DNA from: Candidatus Aenigmatarchaeota archaeon
GTDB lineage: Archaea; Aenigmatarchaeota; Aenigmatarchaeia; Aenigmatarchaeales; JACQIB01
Direction: 5' to 3'
Length of the DNA: 64,000 nt
Assembly: GCA_016198755.1 (NCBI GenBank)
Contig: JACQIB010000003.1
Coordinates: 6,767-70,766, forward strand
Numbering within the stretch: position 1 is the first letter of the stretch; every line of letters starts with the position of its first letter. The translations under genes were made by a program, and so were the position numbers. Below are positions 29,759 through 38,122 of the stretch, one piece after another. The notes beneath the pieces were generated by a model. The model was not told the origin of the DNA. It ran no database searches and saw only the letters and a list, made by a program, of their open reading frames with translations.

Positions 29759-30912
29759 TAAGCCCCGCCCCTATAATCTTTTATCTTTTTAAGGTTCTTG
29801 AATAACTTTGTTTTTATCATTCCACGTTCTTTGAAAACTTCCCTTTCCAAATTATCCAATCCCTCCCCAACAGCATCCCTTGCATCCCATGCCCAGGAGC
29901 GGGAAGTGAAAAGATCCCTTCCTGTTCTCAGTCTTATACGCACAGAATATTTTGTTTTAAGACCCTTGCTTTTGTACTTTTTGAAATGCACAAAAAAGAA
30001 CTGCACCTCCTCAACAGAAGCTATTTTTTTCAGAACATCTCTTATCATCCTGTCCACAGTTTCCAGTGTAAACTCATCCTCTTCATCAAGACCAATAACC
30101 TGATAATAAATCCCCTCTTTTCTGAAACCTGACACAAAATATTCCAGAAGGTCTTTTAGTGTAACAATTCCAATTGGTTTCTTCCCATCTGTAATCACAA
30201 CACCTGAATTTTTATATTTAGTCATTAAGCCGACAACATCAGAAAGTTTTGCGTTTTCTTTTGCAACAACAGGGTTCTTGTTTAGTGCAATACTCACAGG
30301 AAGGTTAGCGACTCTGTCCATTTCAGCAGCCATAGAGAACCAGCCCATTTTTTCCTTTGGTTGTTTTAAAGATTGTATAAGATCAAAAACAGTAACTATT
30401 CCTGCCAAATCTCCCTTCTCGTCCACTACCGGGATTCGTGAAACATTATGCTGGCGCATAATAACCCTGACACTTCCTATGTCCGTATCCAGTGTAACTG
30501 TTTCTGGTTTGGACATTACAAGCTTTGCAACCCCATCCTTAAACATTCTTGTATCGGCTGCAGCTCTAACAACATCGGTTATAGAAAGCAATCCAATAAC
30601 ATTACCCTTTTCCATAACAGGTAAAGCCCTAAGCCCAGTTTGTAAAAGCAGTGTAGCCGCTTCATCTAAGCTTTTACCCCCCTCCAGAGAAGCAGGTTTT
30701 GGACCAACAATAGAAGCTAGTTTTTGCCTGCTTGGGTCTGTTATACCTTTTGATGCAAGAGACTCAAAATTTACCATACCCCTGAATTTTTTACCATCAA
30801 GCAGCGGAACTTCATGAACATGTTCCATTTCCATCATAGAAATAAACTTTGTAACAGGGTCTGAAGGCTTAAGATACAAAAAATCCCTGCTCATTATATC
30901 GCTTACTAACAT
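29758..30912 (-). CDS. Four-CBS-domain protein with C-terminal HPF/RaiA (S30AE)-like domain
   Basis: Four CBS repeats occupy residues 1-260. Residues about 268-365 (YYQVIGLDEEDEF...KYSVRIRLRTGRDLFTSRSWAWDARDAVGEGLDNLEREVFK) follow the beta-alpha-beta-beta-beta-alpha HPF pattern. Confidence 0.65.
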   Translation of the reverse strand: MLVSDIMSRDFLYLKPSDPVTKFISMMEMEHVHEVPLLDGKKFRGMVNFESLASKGITDPSRQKLASIVGPKPASLEGGKSLDEAATLLLQTGLRALPVMEKGNVIGLLSITDVVRAAADTRMFKDGVAKLVMSKPETVTLDTDIGSVRVIMRQHNVSRIPVVDEKGDLAGIVTVFDLIQSLKQPKEKMGWFSMAAEMDRVANLPVSIALNKNPVVAKENAKLSDVVGLMTKYKNSGVVITDGKKPIGIVTLKDLLEYFVSGFRKEGIYYQVIGLDEEDEFTLETVDRMIRDVLKKIASVEEVQFFFVHFKKYKSKGLKTKYSVRIRLRTGRDLFTSRSWAWDARDAVGEGLDNLEREVFKERGMIKTKLFKNLKKIKDYRGGA

Positions 30913-30981
30913 GGAATCACTCTCAAATTTCCCAGTGCCTGTATAAATAGTTGCTTTTGAAGCTTAAATAATAAAATTTTA

Positions 30982-31518
30982 TCATGGCTTGAAGAACTTT
31001 ACCGCATAATATCCAACAGAATCTTTGTAAACAACAGCCCAGAGCATGTTTGCGCGGATATTATGGGCTAATCTGACAGCTCTGCTGAGTTCAGGGAAAG
31101 AGAAAACATAGTTTTCCGGAACAGCAAACACAATCCATTTTGTGTGTTCCCCAGCACTTTTAGGCCCCCTTTTCAGTGGTTTCACACCTTTGTTGTAAAC
31201 CCTGAAGTCACATCCAAACTTAAACCCTGTTCTGGTTGGTAGTTCTTTGTTTCTCAAATCTTTGTAAACAGCATAGCGGAAGCTGAAGCGCGGATCTTTT
31301 TGGTTGCAATACTGGAACATTTCCTCCTTTCCAACCTCTTTTCCTGTCTTATCCACCATAGTTACCTTTCCAATATCCAGTAAATATGCAGCTTCTATTA
31401 ACGCAAGTTCAAGCCTGTCTTCCCTGGGCTTTCCCAGATAAAGCTCTTCAAACAGCTCATTTCCCTTTTCCCTGTCCCATACAACAGCTCTATTTTCTGC
31501 TAAAACAACTTCTATCAT
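30982..31518 (-). CDS. endA: tRNA-splicing endonuclease subunit (EndA paralog 2; Tyr and His present)
   Basis: YKDLRNKELPTRTGFKFGCDFRVYNKG, GEHTKWIVF, RLAHNIRANMLWAVV, aligned by eye to M. jannaschii EndA. Confidence 0.85.
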   Translation of the reverse strand: MIEVVLAENRAVVWDREKGNELFEELYLGKPREDRLELALIEAAYLLDIGKVTMVDKTGKEVGKEEMFQYCNQKDPRFSFRYAVYKDLRNKELPTRTGFKFGCDFRVYNKGVKPLKRGPKSAGEHTKWIVFAVPENYVFSFPELSRAVRLAHNIRANMLWAVVYKDSVGYYAVKFFKP

Positions 31519-31519
31519 T

Positions 31520-32041
31520 TTATCCCACCTTCGGAGATTCTATTATGTAGTAAGTACAGTCAGAGTCATTATCCACAACAGCCCAGAGTGCAACAGATTT
31601 TATATTTTGTGCAAGTTTTATTGCTTTCCCAAGCTGCTCTAAAGCACATGGATAATCTTCTGCTGAAGTAAAAACAATCCATTTCACTGTTTCAGCTTTC
31701 CCAGGTTTTGCACCACGTTCATAAACCCTGAAATCACATCCCTTAAATCCTGTTCTCACTGCTAATCCACGTTCCCTCAGGTCTTTGTATACTGAATAAC
31801 GGGCCATGAAATGCTCGTCCCTTTCAGAACAATAATTCAGAATTTCTTTCAAAGAAAGTTTTTGCTCTCCTATAACTACCTCTAGCTTTCCCCTCTCCAA
31901 AAGAGCTGCTGCTTCTATCTGGTCCAGTTCAAATCCACTTCCAAGCGGATTACCATACCAGCCTGTTTCGTATAGCTCCTTTGCTTCGGGGCCTTCAACA
32001 ACAACTTTGTCATTTTCCAGCTTTCCCGTCAGCATATTCAA
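31520..32041 (-). CDS. endA: tRNA-splicing endonuclease subunit (EndA paralog 1; catalytic His position substituted)
   Basis: YKDLRERGLAVRTGFKGCDFRVYERG, KAETVKWIVF, KLAQNIKSVALWAVV. Separated from the downstream paralog by 1 nt. Confidence 0.8.
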   Translation of the reverse strand: MNMLTGKLENDKVVVEGPEAKELYETGWYGNPLGSGFELDQIEAAALLERGKLEVVIGEQKLSLKEILNYCSERDEHFMARYSVYKDLRERGLAVRTGFKGCDFRVYERGAKPGKAETVKWIVFTSAEDYPCALEQLGKAIKLAQNIKSVALWAVVDNDSDCTYYIIESPKVG

Positions 32042-32121
32042 CAGAATCCTTTCTTCCCAATTCTTTTTAAACCTTCCCTTTCCGAAGCGTGTTTAAATCC
32101 TTTACATTCCAAACTCTGCAT

Positions 32122-32394
32122 ATGAAGATATTTGTTTTATTTACAGCCTTTTCCATTGCTCTGATCTTTACCTTGCCAACAGCTTTTGCTCTCAATTTTG
32201 AAAATAATGGGAAAATTATTCATAAAGAAATACTAAAAGCAAAGCTTTCCAAGTCTGTAAAACCAATTAAAACAATAGCCGAGCCAAAAATAATGGCAAA
32301 AAAGCTTCCGTATTTCTGTTCAGATGATTTTATAGCAGGATACCCAAAAGCTGAACTGTTAAGGAAACACTGTTCTATCTTGGCAAAGAAATAA
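32122..32394 (+). CDS. Small secreted hypothetical protein
   Basis: Signal peptide MKIFVLFTAFSIALIFTLPTAFA. A TATA-like GTGTTTAAATCC is centred about 27 nt upstream of the ATG at 32122. The ORF track starts it at 32089. Confidence 0.4.
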   Translation: MKIFVLFTAFSIALIFTLPTAFALNFENNGKIIHKEILKAKLSKSVKPIKTIAEPKIMAKKLPYFCSDDFIAGYPKAELLRKHCSILAKK

Positions 32395-32926
32395 CTTTGG
32401 AAGCTTTCACTTCACAGTCCCTGCACATTATTTTCTGCTTTTTATCCACGTCCCCAGCAGAAGGAGACGGGCTCATTACGCAGGTAGGTCTAAAGCAATG
32501 TTCCAATCCCAATTGATGGCCTAAAGTATGTACAGCTTCTTTTGTAACCCTTTCTCCAAGAAGGTAAAGGTTTATTCCCTGTCCATAGAATTCTGTTCTC
32601 AATCTTGCCATGGAAATAATGGAAACAGAATAAACAGGATCTTCAACAGCAAATGCAAAGTTCATTTTGTCTGCATACAAGTCCGCATCTGTTATAAAAA
32701 GTGCAGGCAAATCTCTGTCTATATACTGTGCAACTTGGTTCTTGCAAAGCAAATCAATCATTTTATCTGCATCATGCTGCCTTCTCAGAGCATTATAAGA
32801 TTCCTTAGGAACAACAAGATTTTCCATAACTCTGGTTTTAATTCCCAGTGTATTTTCTATTCCCCCGGAAACTTCTTTCAAAAGCTTTTCTGAAACAGTC
32901 CCTACAGGTATTATCCTAACAAGCAT
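32375..32926 (-). CDS. amzA: Archaemetzincin-like metalloprotease with HTLGH in place of HExxH
   Basis: EAVHTLGHQLGLEHC...CVM...CRDC matches the archaemetzincin zinc/Cys pattern. The ORF-track N-terminal extension to 33010 runs over tRNA-Phe. The start at 32926 (MLVRIIPVG) has a TATA-like box upstream. Confidence 0.75.
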   Translation of the reverse strand: MLVRIIPVGTVSEKLLKEVSGGIENTLGIKTRVMENLVVPKESYNALRRQHDADKMIDLLCKNQVAQYIDRDLPALFITDADLYADKMNFAFAVEDPVYSVSIISMARLRTEFYGQGINLYLLGERVTKEAVHTLGHQLGLEHCFRPTCVMSPSPSAGDVDKKQKIMCRDCEVKASKVISLPR

Positions 32927-32961
32927 GGATAAAATTAGTTTCGCAAGCTTAAAAGTTAGAG

Positions 32962-33090
32962 TGGTGGGGCAGGCGTGATTTGAACACGCGACATTCCGCA
33001 CTGCACACAATAGGTATGCAGTTCCACGGTCTTCAGCCGTTTAAGCCTCTTTAATTAAGAGTGTGCTCTCCCGAGCTGAGCTACTGCCCC
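32962..33090 (-). tRNA. tRNA-Phe(GAA), two non-canonical introns, CCA encoded
   Basis: Acceptor GGGGCAG/CTGCCCC, D arm GCTC-AGCTCGGGA-GAGC, T arm GCGTG-TTCAAAT-CACGC. Anticodon loop CTGAAGA (GAA at 33034-33032) in stem CACGG/CCGTG, which forms only after removing a 22-nt intron (33041-33062, position 27/28, BHB helix GAGC:GCTT). A 30-nt intron (32994-33023, position 44/45, BHB helix CCGT:GCGG) restores a 5-nt variable loop. Lengths sum exactly: 77+22+30=129. Confidence 0.75.
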
Positions 33091-33122
33091 TCACACAGAA
33101 ATAAAGAATACGATTATTTAAA

Positions 33123-33701
33123 TCAATGGCTGCGGAGCCAGTTGTCTATCATTATAACAGCATAGTGGAAAACAGGATCTGGACTGAGATTGTCTGTGTG
33201 CAGAATAATATCGAATGGCTTCAGGTCTCTGCCGAAGGCAATACCGTATATTTTCTTGTAAATTGCATAGTTCTTTTCGTCCCTTGCTTTCAGCTTTTTA
33301 ACAGCCGAAGCTATGCTTGTTTTATCCCTCTTTACCATTCTTTGGGCTCTAACTAAATCAGAAGCAGTAACCCACAGCTTTATTGCCTTTCCATGGAAAA
33401 GCCATGGCATTGTCCAGCTGCTCATAACACAATTACCTTTTTTTGCAAGGGAAATAATGTACTTATCAAAAGCTTTGTCTATGCTTGAATCATGCTTCCT
33501 TATTTCAGCAAACTTTAATCCTTCTGTGGTTTCCCACCAGTCCTTTCCTCCAGGCTTAAATCCGTAGCGCCGAGAGAACTCTTTAAGCAAATCTCCTGTA
33601 TTGTAGTGCTTTATTTTATAATGTTTTGAAAGCTGCTCAGCAAGAGTTGTTTTTCCGGAAACAGGAGGTCCGCAGACAATTATAGTAGGTATTTTTCCCA
33701 T
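33123..33701 (-). CDS. cmk: Cytidylate kinase-like P-loop kinase (archaeal type)
   Basis: P-loop GPPVSGKTTLAEQL, 192 aa, archaeal CMP/AMP kinase-like layout. Confidence 0.65.
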   Translation of the reverse strand: MGKIPTIIVCGPPVSGKTTLAEQLSKHYKIKHYNTGDLLKEFSRRYGFKPGGKDWWETTEGLKFAEIRKHDSSIDKAFDKYIISLAKKGNCVMSSWTMPWLFHGKAIKLWVTASDLVRAQRMVKRDKTSIASAVKKLKARDEKNYAIYKKIYGIAFGRDLKPFDIILHTDNLSPDPVFHYAVIMIDNWLRSH

Positions 33702-33737
33702 TCTAGGATTAAGTGCATAAGCAGAATATAAGGTTTT

Positions 33738-34577
33738 CTATTCAACAAAACCTTCAGCTTCAAGCCATCCTGTAACACCTTTGTAAAATTTTGTCCATGC
33801 ATCGCTGCGCATGAAAGCATCCCTAAAACTTTCTCTCTTCCTCCTTTCCACATTAGCTGAATTGTCAACCACAACAGTTGCAACCCTTTCCAGTTCCACT
33901 CTAAAGTCTTCAATCCCATAGAACCTCCCATACCTTGCAATATCCTCAGAGTCTCTTTTTACTGTAATTAGCGTTGCTTCTTCAGGAGTAATGTTAGGCA
34001 ATCTTTTACTTTTCCTTTCCCTGTTTTCTGGCCTGTTATCATCCATAGAAATCCTCTGTCCAATTATACCAACATCAGGAACCTTTACCAATGTTCTTAA
34101 TCCCCATCTACCTGCAACAAGCGGAGCTAATCTGCCATCAAATATTCCTCCCACAGTAATTGCAGTCTGTAAGGTTTTTGTATCTATTTCTTTATCTATC
34201 ATCTCACCCATTTCAGTGTTTTCTTTACAATATTCTAAAAATTTCATTAAATCAGTGAAGTGATACCTTTCAGCAGCTTCTCGCATAAACTGCCCTGCAG
34301 TTGTTACTGGCAGAACCAGTCCATAATCTGTTTTTAAACAATATTGCAGAGTTCCAACAAATCCACCCTTTCCACAGCCTGAAGTACCCCCAATTGTTAT
34401 AACAGGGTTTTCTGGAACATAGAGTCCAGCATCTCTACCCTGAGCCAGTCTGTCTCTGTACCTTTTTTCTTCTAACCCAGTTACCCTTCTCCCAAAAAAT
34501 AATCTCTCATCAGTCTCCAAATTCCTGATAAATGTTCTTGGAAGCCCCAAATCAATGCCAGTACCCATAAAAACCAT
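33738..34577 (-). CDS. Cytidylate-kinase-like paralog with N-terminal extension and atypical P-loop
   Basis: GGTSGCGKGGFVGTL in the P-loop position; KRDSEDIARYGRFYGIEDF and VVVDNS resemble CMP kinase C-terminal motifs. Confidence 0.45.
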   Translation of the reverse strand: MVFMGTGIDLGLPRTFIRNLETDERLFFGRRVTGLEEKRYRDRLAQGRDAGLYVPENPVITIGGTSGCGKGGFVGTLQYCLKTDYGLVLPVTTAGQFMREAAERYHFTDLMKFLEYCKENTEMGEMIDKEIDTKTLQTAITVGGIFDGRLAPLVAGRWGLRTLVKVPDVGIIGQRISMDDNRPENRERKSKRLPNITPEEATLITVKRDSEDIARYGRFYGIEDFRVELERVATVVVDNSANVERRKRESFRDAFMRSDAWTKFYKGVTGWLEAEGFVE

Positions 34578-34614
34578 GTTTAATTGCGCAGCAAAATCTT
34601 AAATATCTGTTATT

Positions 34615-35727
34615 TTAGTCCAAAAAGTCCTTGGCTTTTAGCTTTTCCGGCAGGTATTTTTCAGACACAAAGGAAATCCCTCTGCTTACTAAAGCATCCA
34701 ACTCAACTTTGCCTTTCATCTGCTTCATAAGTTCAAATTGCTTCTGCCATTCTTTCTTGTCCTTGAACCATGCGTATTTTGAAATTTCATCTATCCTTTT
34801 CAGGTCCACATCCTTGAACCTTATAATATGTTTTTTAAGTGCGTATTTTTCAATGTCATCTGCTGTGAGCCCAAGGAAGCGGGCTGAAGGAACAGCCAGC
34901 CTTTCGGAAGCATGTGCAAGGGAAATAGAGCCGGTTTTTATAACAGAGTAAATATAGAACCCCCAAGGATCAAAGTCAGTAAGTATGTAAATCGGTAGCT
35001 TCTCTTCAGTGTTTAATCGTTGCAGCAGCCTTCTGATTCCTCGTGTTGCCTGACCCTGTGAGGAAATAATTATACAGTTAAGCTTGTCCCAGATTTCATC
35101 TTCATTCAGTCTCTCCCACATTGCAGCCTTTTCCATGTAAATAACAAATTTTGCATCTACTTTCTTGAATTCTAAATGTTCTACTCTGCTTGGTATGCTC
35201 CATCCTCCAGAACCCTGCTTTGACCAGTCTATTAAAATTTCCTTCCCTCCAATACCCTTGTCTTTTATTATTACATTTCCTGCAATGGAACCAAGTTTGT
35301 TTGCATTTATGTGCAGTTGTTCCCTGCTTATGTCTGTTATAAGTTCTAAGTCTTCCAGAGCTTTGTTAGATTCTACCTGATCGTCTACAATGTCTATGTT
35401 TGTACCAGCTATTGTTCTGCGGATAGCATAGAAAGCCTGCCTTAAACTCAGGCTTTTATCCACAGTCAAAAGTTCTTTAGCAAGGGCAGCAACTTCAGCT
35501 GTCTGTACGAATTTACGAACGTGAGCAACATTAAAGAAAAATCTTTTAGAGCTTTTTATACCGAGGGAAAGCATTCCTGTTTTTTGGCTGTAATTTACAT
35601 TTGAAAGTGTTCTGATAGGCACATCCATTGCAGGATTTTCCCCCTTCTCAGCCTGCTTTACAAGTCCTTTCCCAAAGTCTACAAGCTTTTTCTTTGATTC
35701 TGTATTTTTTTCAGCCATTTTCATCAC
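34615..35727 (-). CDS. top6A: DNA topoisomerase VI subunit A (Spo11-like)
   Basis: Toprim motif YILTDFDPWG, 5Y-CAP region, 370 aa, overlaps top6B by 4 nt. Confidence 0.9.
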   Translation of the reverse strand: MMKMAEKNTESKKKLVDFGKGLVKQAEKGENPAMDVPIRTLSNVNYSQKTGMLSLGIKSSKRFFFNVAHVRKFVQTAEVAALAKELLTVDKSLSLRQAFYAIRRTIAGTNIDIVDDQVESNKALEDLELITDISREQLHINANKLGSIAGNVIIKDKGIGGKEILIDWSKQGSGGWSIPSRVEHLEFKKVDAKFVIYMEKAAMWERLNEDEIWDKLNCIIISSQGQATRGIRRLLQRLNTEEKLPIYILTDFDPWGFYIYSVIKTGSISLAHASERLAVPSARFLGLTADDIEKYALKKHIIRFKDVDLKRIDEISKYAWFKDKKEWQKQFELMKQMKGKVELDALVSRGISFVSEKYLPEKLKAKDFLD

Positions 35728-37589
35728 TCTGTTTCTTTTTCAGCCTCTTCTTTATTCTCTTCCGGAGCTTTAACTTCCTCCTCTGTATCAATAATAATGT
35801 TACCCTTCTTTAGCATTTTCTCAAGGCAAGATTTTATCTTTCCTTTATCTTCATCAGAAAGCTTTGCCAAAGCTTCAGCAGCTTCTGGTATATATTTTTC
35901 AAACAGGCTCTGGCGCTGTTGCTTTTCCTGCGCCCTCCTGCGACCAGAAAGGAAACGCTGCAGTTTGCGCGCAGCTTCCTGCAAGGCAAGCCTTATCTCT
36001 TTTACAATTTCCGGATATGGGTCTATTGCTTCCTTTGCTTCAGAAACATAAGGTATCCAGACAGAAGCCATGTGAACCGCTATAACAACAGGTCCAATTG
36101 GCATGGAACCCTGTGTATCAATAGCATAATGCCTCCAGTCTATTTTTTGTATTGCTTTTATTGTGGCGCATGAGCCAGCTTGATATAGCAAAGGAACCCT
36201 GTTAGCAAATCTTAATATTTTGGCAGGTTCATTTTTAGGAAGATCTCCCCCATAAGCAATTGCAACTTCAATCTGGAAGGGGCTTCCCCTGTAAACAGCA
36301 GTAGGTCTGCTCACAGTTTCTATGAACTCTGCATTGTACATTTTTTTCATTCCGGCAACGAACTTTTCCTCTGTTATTGGTGATAAACAGTCCAGTGGAG
36401 GTTTCATGAAATTAAATCCCTTTATAGTTCTCCAGAGTTTTTCTATTTTATCATGATCAAGCTCATGGGGATTTGAGGAGGGCTTTATTCCGGCAAGTTT
36501 GCAGACTTGTTCAGCGGTCTGCGGACCTACACGGCAAAAATCATTTGTAAGAAAACCGGAAGTTGTTCTGGATATAGTAAGCTTTGACATCCTCTCCAGC
36601 ATTCCCATCTCCACTCCATGTGGGTGTGGTTTCAGTGGCTTTGATTGTACAGGAAGCTCATTTACAACCCTGTCAATAACTATTGTGTTTCCTTCAGGGT
36701 CCGTATAGGTTATTTTTGCAAATGGGTTAACAACAACAGTCTGTTTCAAATATTCCTCCACAGAATGGAAGCGCTGCATATACTTTCCTTCTATTTCCAG
36801 TTCAACCCTTACACCATGTTCCTTTATACCTTCTTTCAATGCTTTTTCTTCCAGTATTATAGGCTCGTTTTTTGTTGTGTCTATTCTCAGTTCATAATAA
36901 TAGACAGGTTTTTTATCAGATATGCGGGACCATATGCGCGCAGGTTTTCCAGTTGTTAATTGGGCATACAAAAGAGCTGCCGAAATTCCAATCCCCTGCT
37001 GTCCTCTACCCTGTCTACCGCCAGCGAATTTACTCCCGTACAAGAGCTTCCCGAAAACTTTTGGTATATTTTCCTTTACAATTCCAGGACCATTATCCTC
37101 AACAAATACAATAAACCTGTCAGCAGGGATTTTGTTTATTTTTAATTCTGTTCTCCCCCTCAGAAATTCATAAACCTCTTCTTTTTCCTTTTTATGTATT
37201 TTGAACTTGTAGTTTGTTTCCCCAAGAGTAAACAAAAACACCCTTTCCCTGTCCCTTTCTTTTACTTCTGTTGGTTTTGTTTTTTCTTCCCCAACAATTA
37301 AAAGTGTATTTCCATTTTCAATTACAACCCTTCCAAATTCTGTTCCATCCTCAAGCAGAACCCTGAAAATTTCCCTAGGAAGCTTTACTCCAACCTTTAT
37401 TTCAGGCAAAATCCTTGCATCCTCTGCAGCATCTAAAGAGTTGTCTACAGCTTCTTTCACAACCATTAACAGGGCTTTAGCTGGATTATCAAACCCAAGC
37501 AAATGCCTGTTTTTCTCAAAAAACTCTGCAATAGATATATCGCGCATTTTCCCTGCAAGCTCTTCCGCTGTTTTTCCTTTCTCTGCCAA
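35724..37589 (-). CDS. top6B: DNA topoisomerase VI subunit B (GHKL ATPase)
   Basis: Bergerat fold motifs VKEAVDNSLDA, EDNGPGI, GRQGRGQQGIG; transducer domain; Lys/Glu-rich C-terminal tail. Confidence 0.9.
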   Translation of the reverse strand: MAEKGKTAEELAGKMRDISIAEFFEKNRHLLGFDNPAKALLMVVKEAVDNSLDAAEDARILPEIKVGVKLPREIFRVLLEDGTEFGRVVIENGNTLLIVGEEKTKPTEVKERDRERVFLFTLGETNYKFKIHKKEKEEVYEFLRGRTELKINKIPADRFIVFVEDNGPGIVKENIPKVFGKLLYGSKFAGGRQGRGQQGIGISAALLYAQLTTGKPARIWSRISDKKPVYYYELRIDTTKNEPIILEEKALKEGIKEHGVRVELEIEGKYMQRFHSVEEYLKQTVVVNPFAKITYTDPEGNTIVIDRVVNELPVQSKPLKPHPHGVEMGMLERMSKLTISRTTSGFLTNDFCRVGPQTAEQVCKLAGIKPSSNPHELDHDKIEKLWRTIKGFNFMKPPLDCLSPITEEKFVAGMKKMYNAEFIETVSRPTAVYRGSPFQIEVAIAYGGDLPKNEPAKILRFANRVPLLYQAGSCATIKAIQKIDWRHYAIDTQGSMPIGPVVIAVHMASVWIPYVSEAKEAIDPYPEIVKEIRLALQEAARKLQRFLSGRRRAQEKQQRQSLFEKYIPEAAEALAKLSDEDKGKIKSCLEKMLKKGNIIIDTEEEVKAPEENKEEAEKETE

Positions 37590-37636
37590 AAAATCACCAA
37601 AACTTCTTTCCCTTTATTTTCTGCCCAGCCCACTAC

Positions 37637-38122
37637 TTAAAGCTTTAGATGTTCTAGGAATCTATATACTGTAGAGTGCATAGAGCCCTGTATAATCATT
37701 TGCACAGCTTCTCTCGCATTTTTTATCTGTTCAAATGTTCCAATAAGTGATACAGTATCCCCATAAACAGAGAGAGAAACTCCTGTAAATTCCTCTATAA
37801 GTTCCCTTGTCCTACCAGCCCTTCCAATAATCCTCCCTTTAACAACTTCCCTCCTCCTCTCTGAAAGCTCTCCTAAATCCAGTATATCCAACTGTTGTTC
37901 AGGGTCCAAAAGGCGGAATGCTTTCTGAGGAGAAAATCCACGTCCAATAGCATGTATTATGTTTTTCACCTGAAAAAGCTCAAACCCTTCCCCATCCAAT
38001 ATAACAGCATTCCCATCAATCTTAACCTTTACTTTTATCTCAGCTTCAATTTTTTCTCTTATCTTTGTATTTACAACCCCTATCCTGTCCTTGGGAACCA
38101 AAATGGAACTAATCATTTTCAA
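37637..38122 (-). CDS. KH-domain RNA-binding protein (Dim2/Pno1-like)
   Basis: VPKDRIGVV and IIGRAGRTRELIE KH motifs. Conserved neighbour of RIO kinase. Confidence 0.75.
   Translation of the reverse strand: MKMISSILVPKDRIGVVNTKIREKIEAEIKVKVKIDGNAVILDGEGFELFQVKNIIHAIGRGFSPQKAFRLLDPEQQLDILDLGELSERRREVVKGRIIGRAGRTRELIEEFTGVSLSVYGDTVSLIGTFEQIKNAREAVQMIIQGSMHSTVYRFLEHLKL

Noticed and set aside
32927-33010. N-terminal extension of the archaemetzincin ORF (MCAVRNVACSNHACPTTL...)
   Set aside because: It is a translation of tRNA-Phe. A TATA-like box and a canonical family N-terminus support the internal start at 32926.
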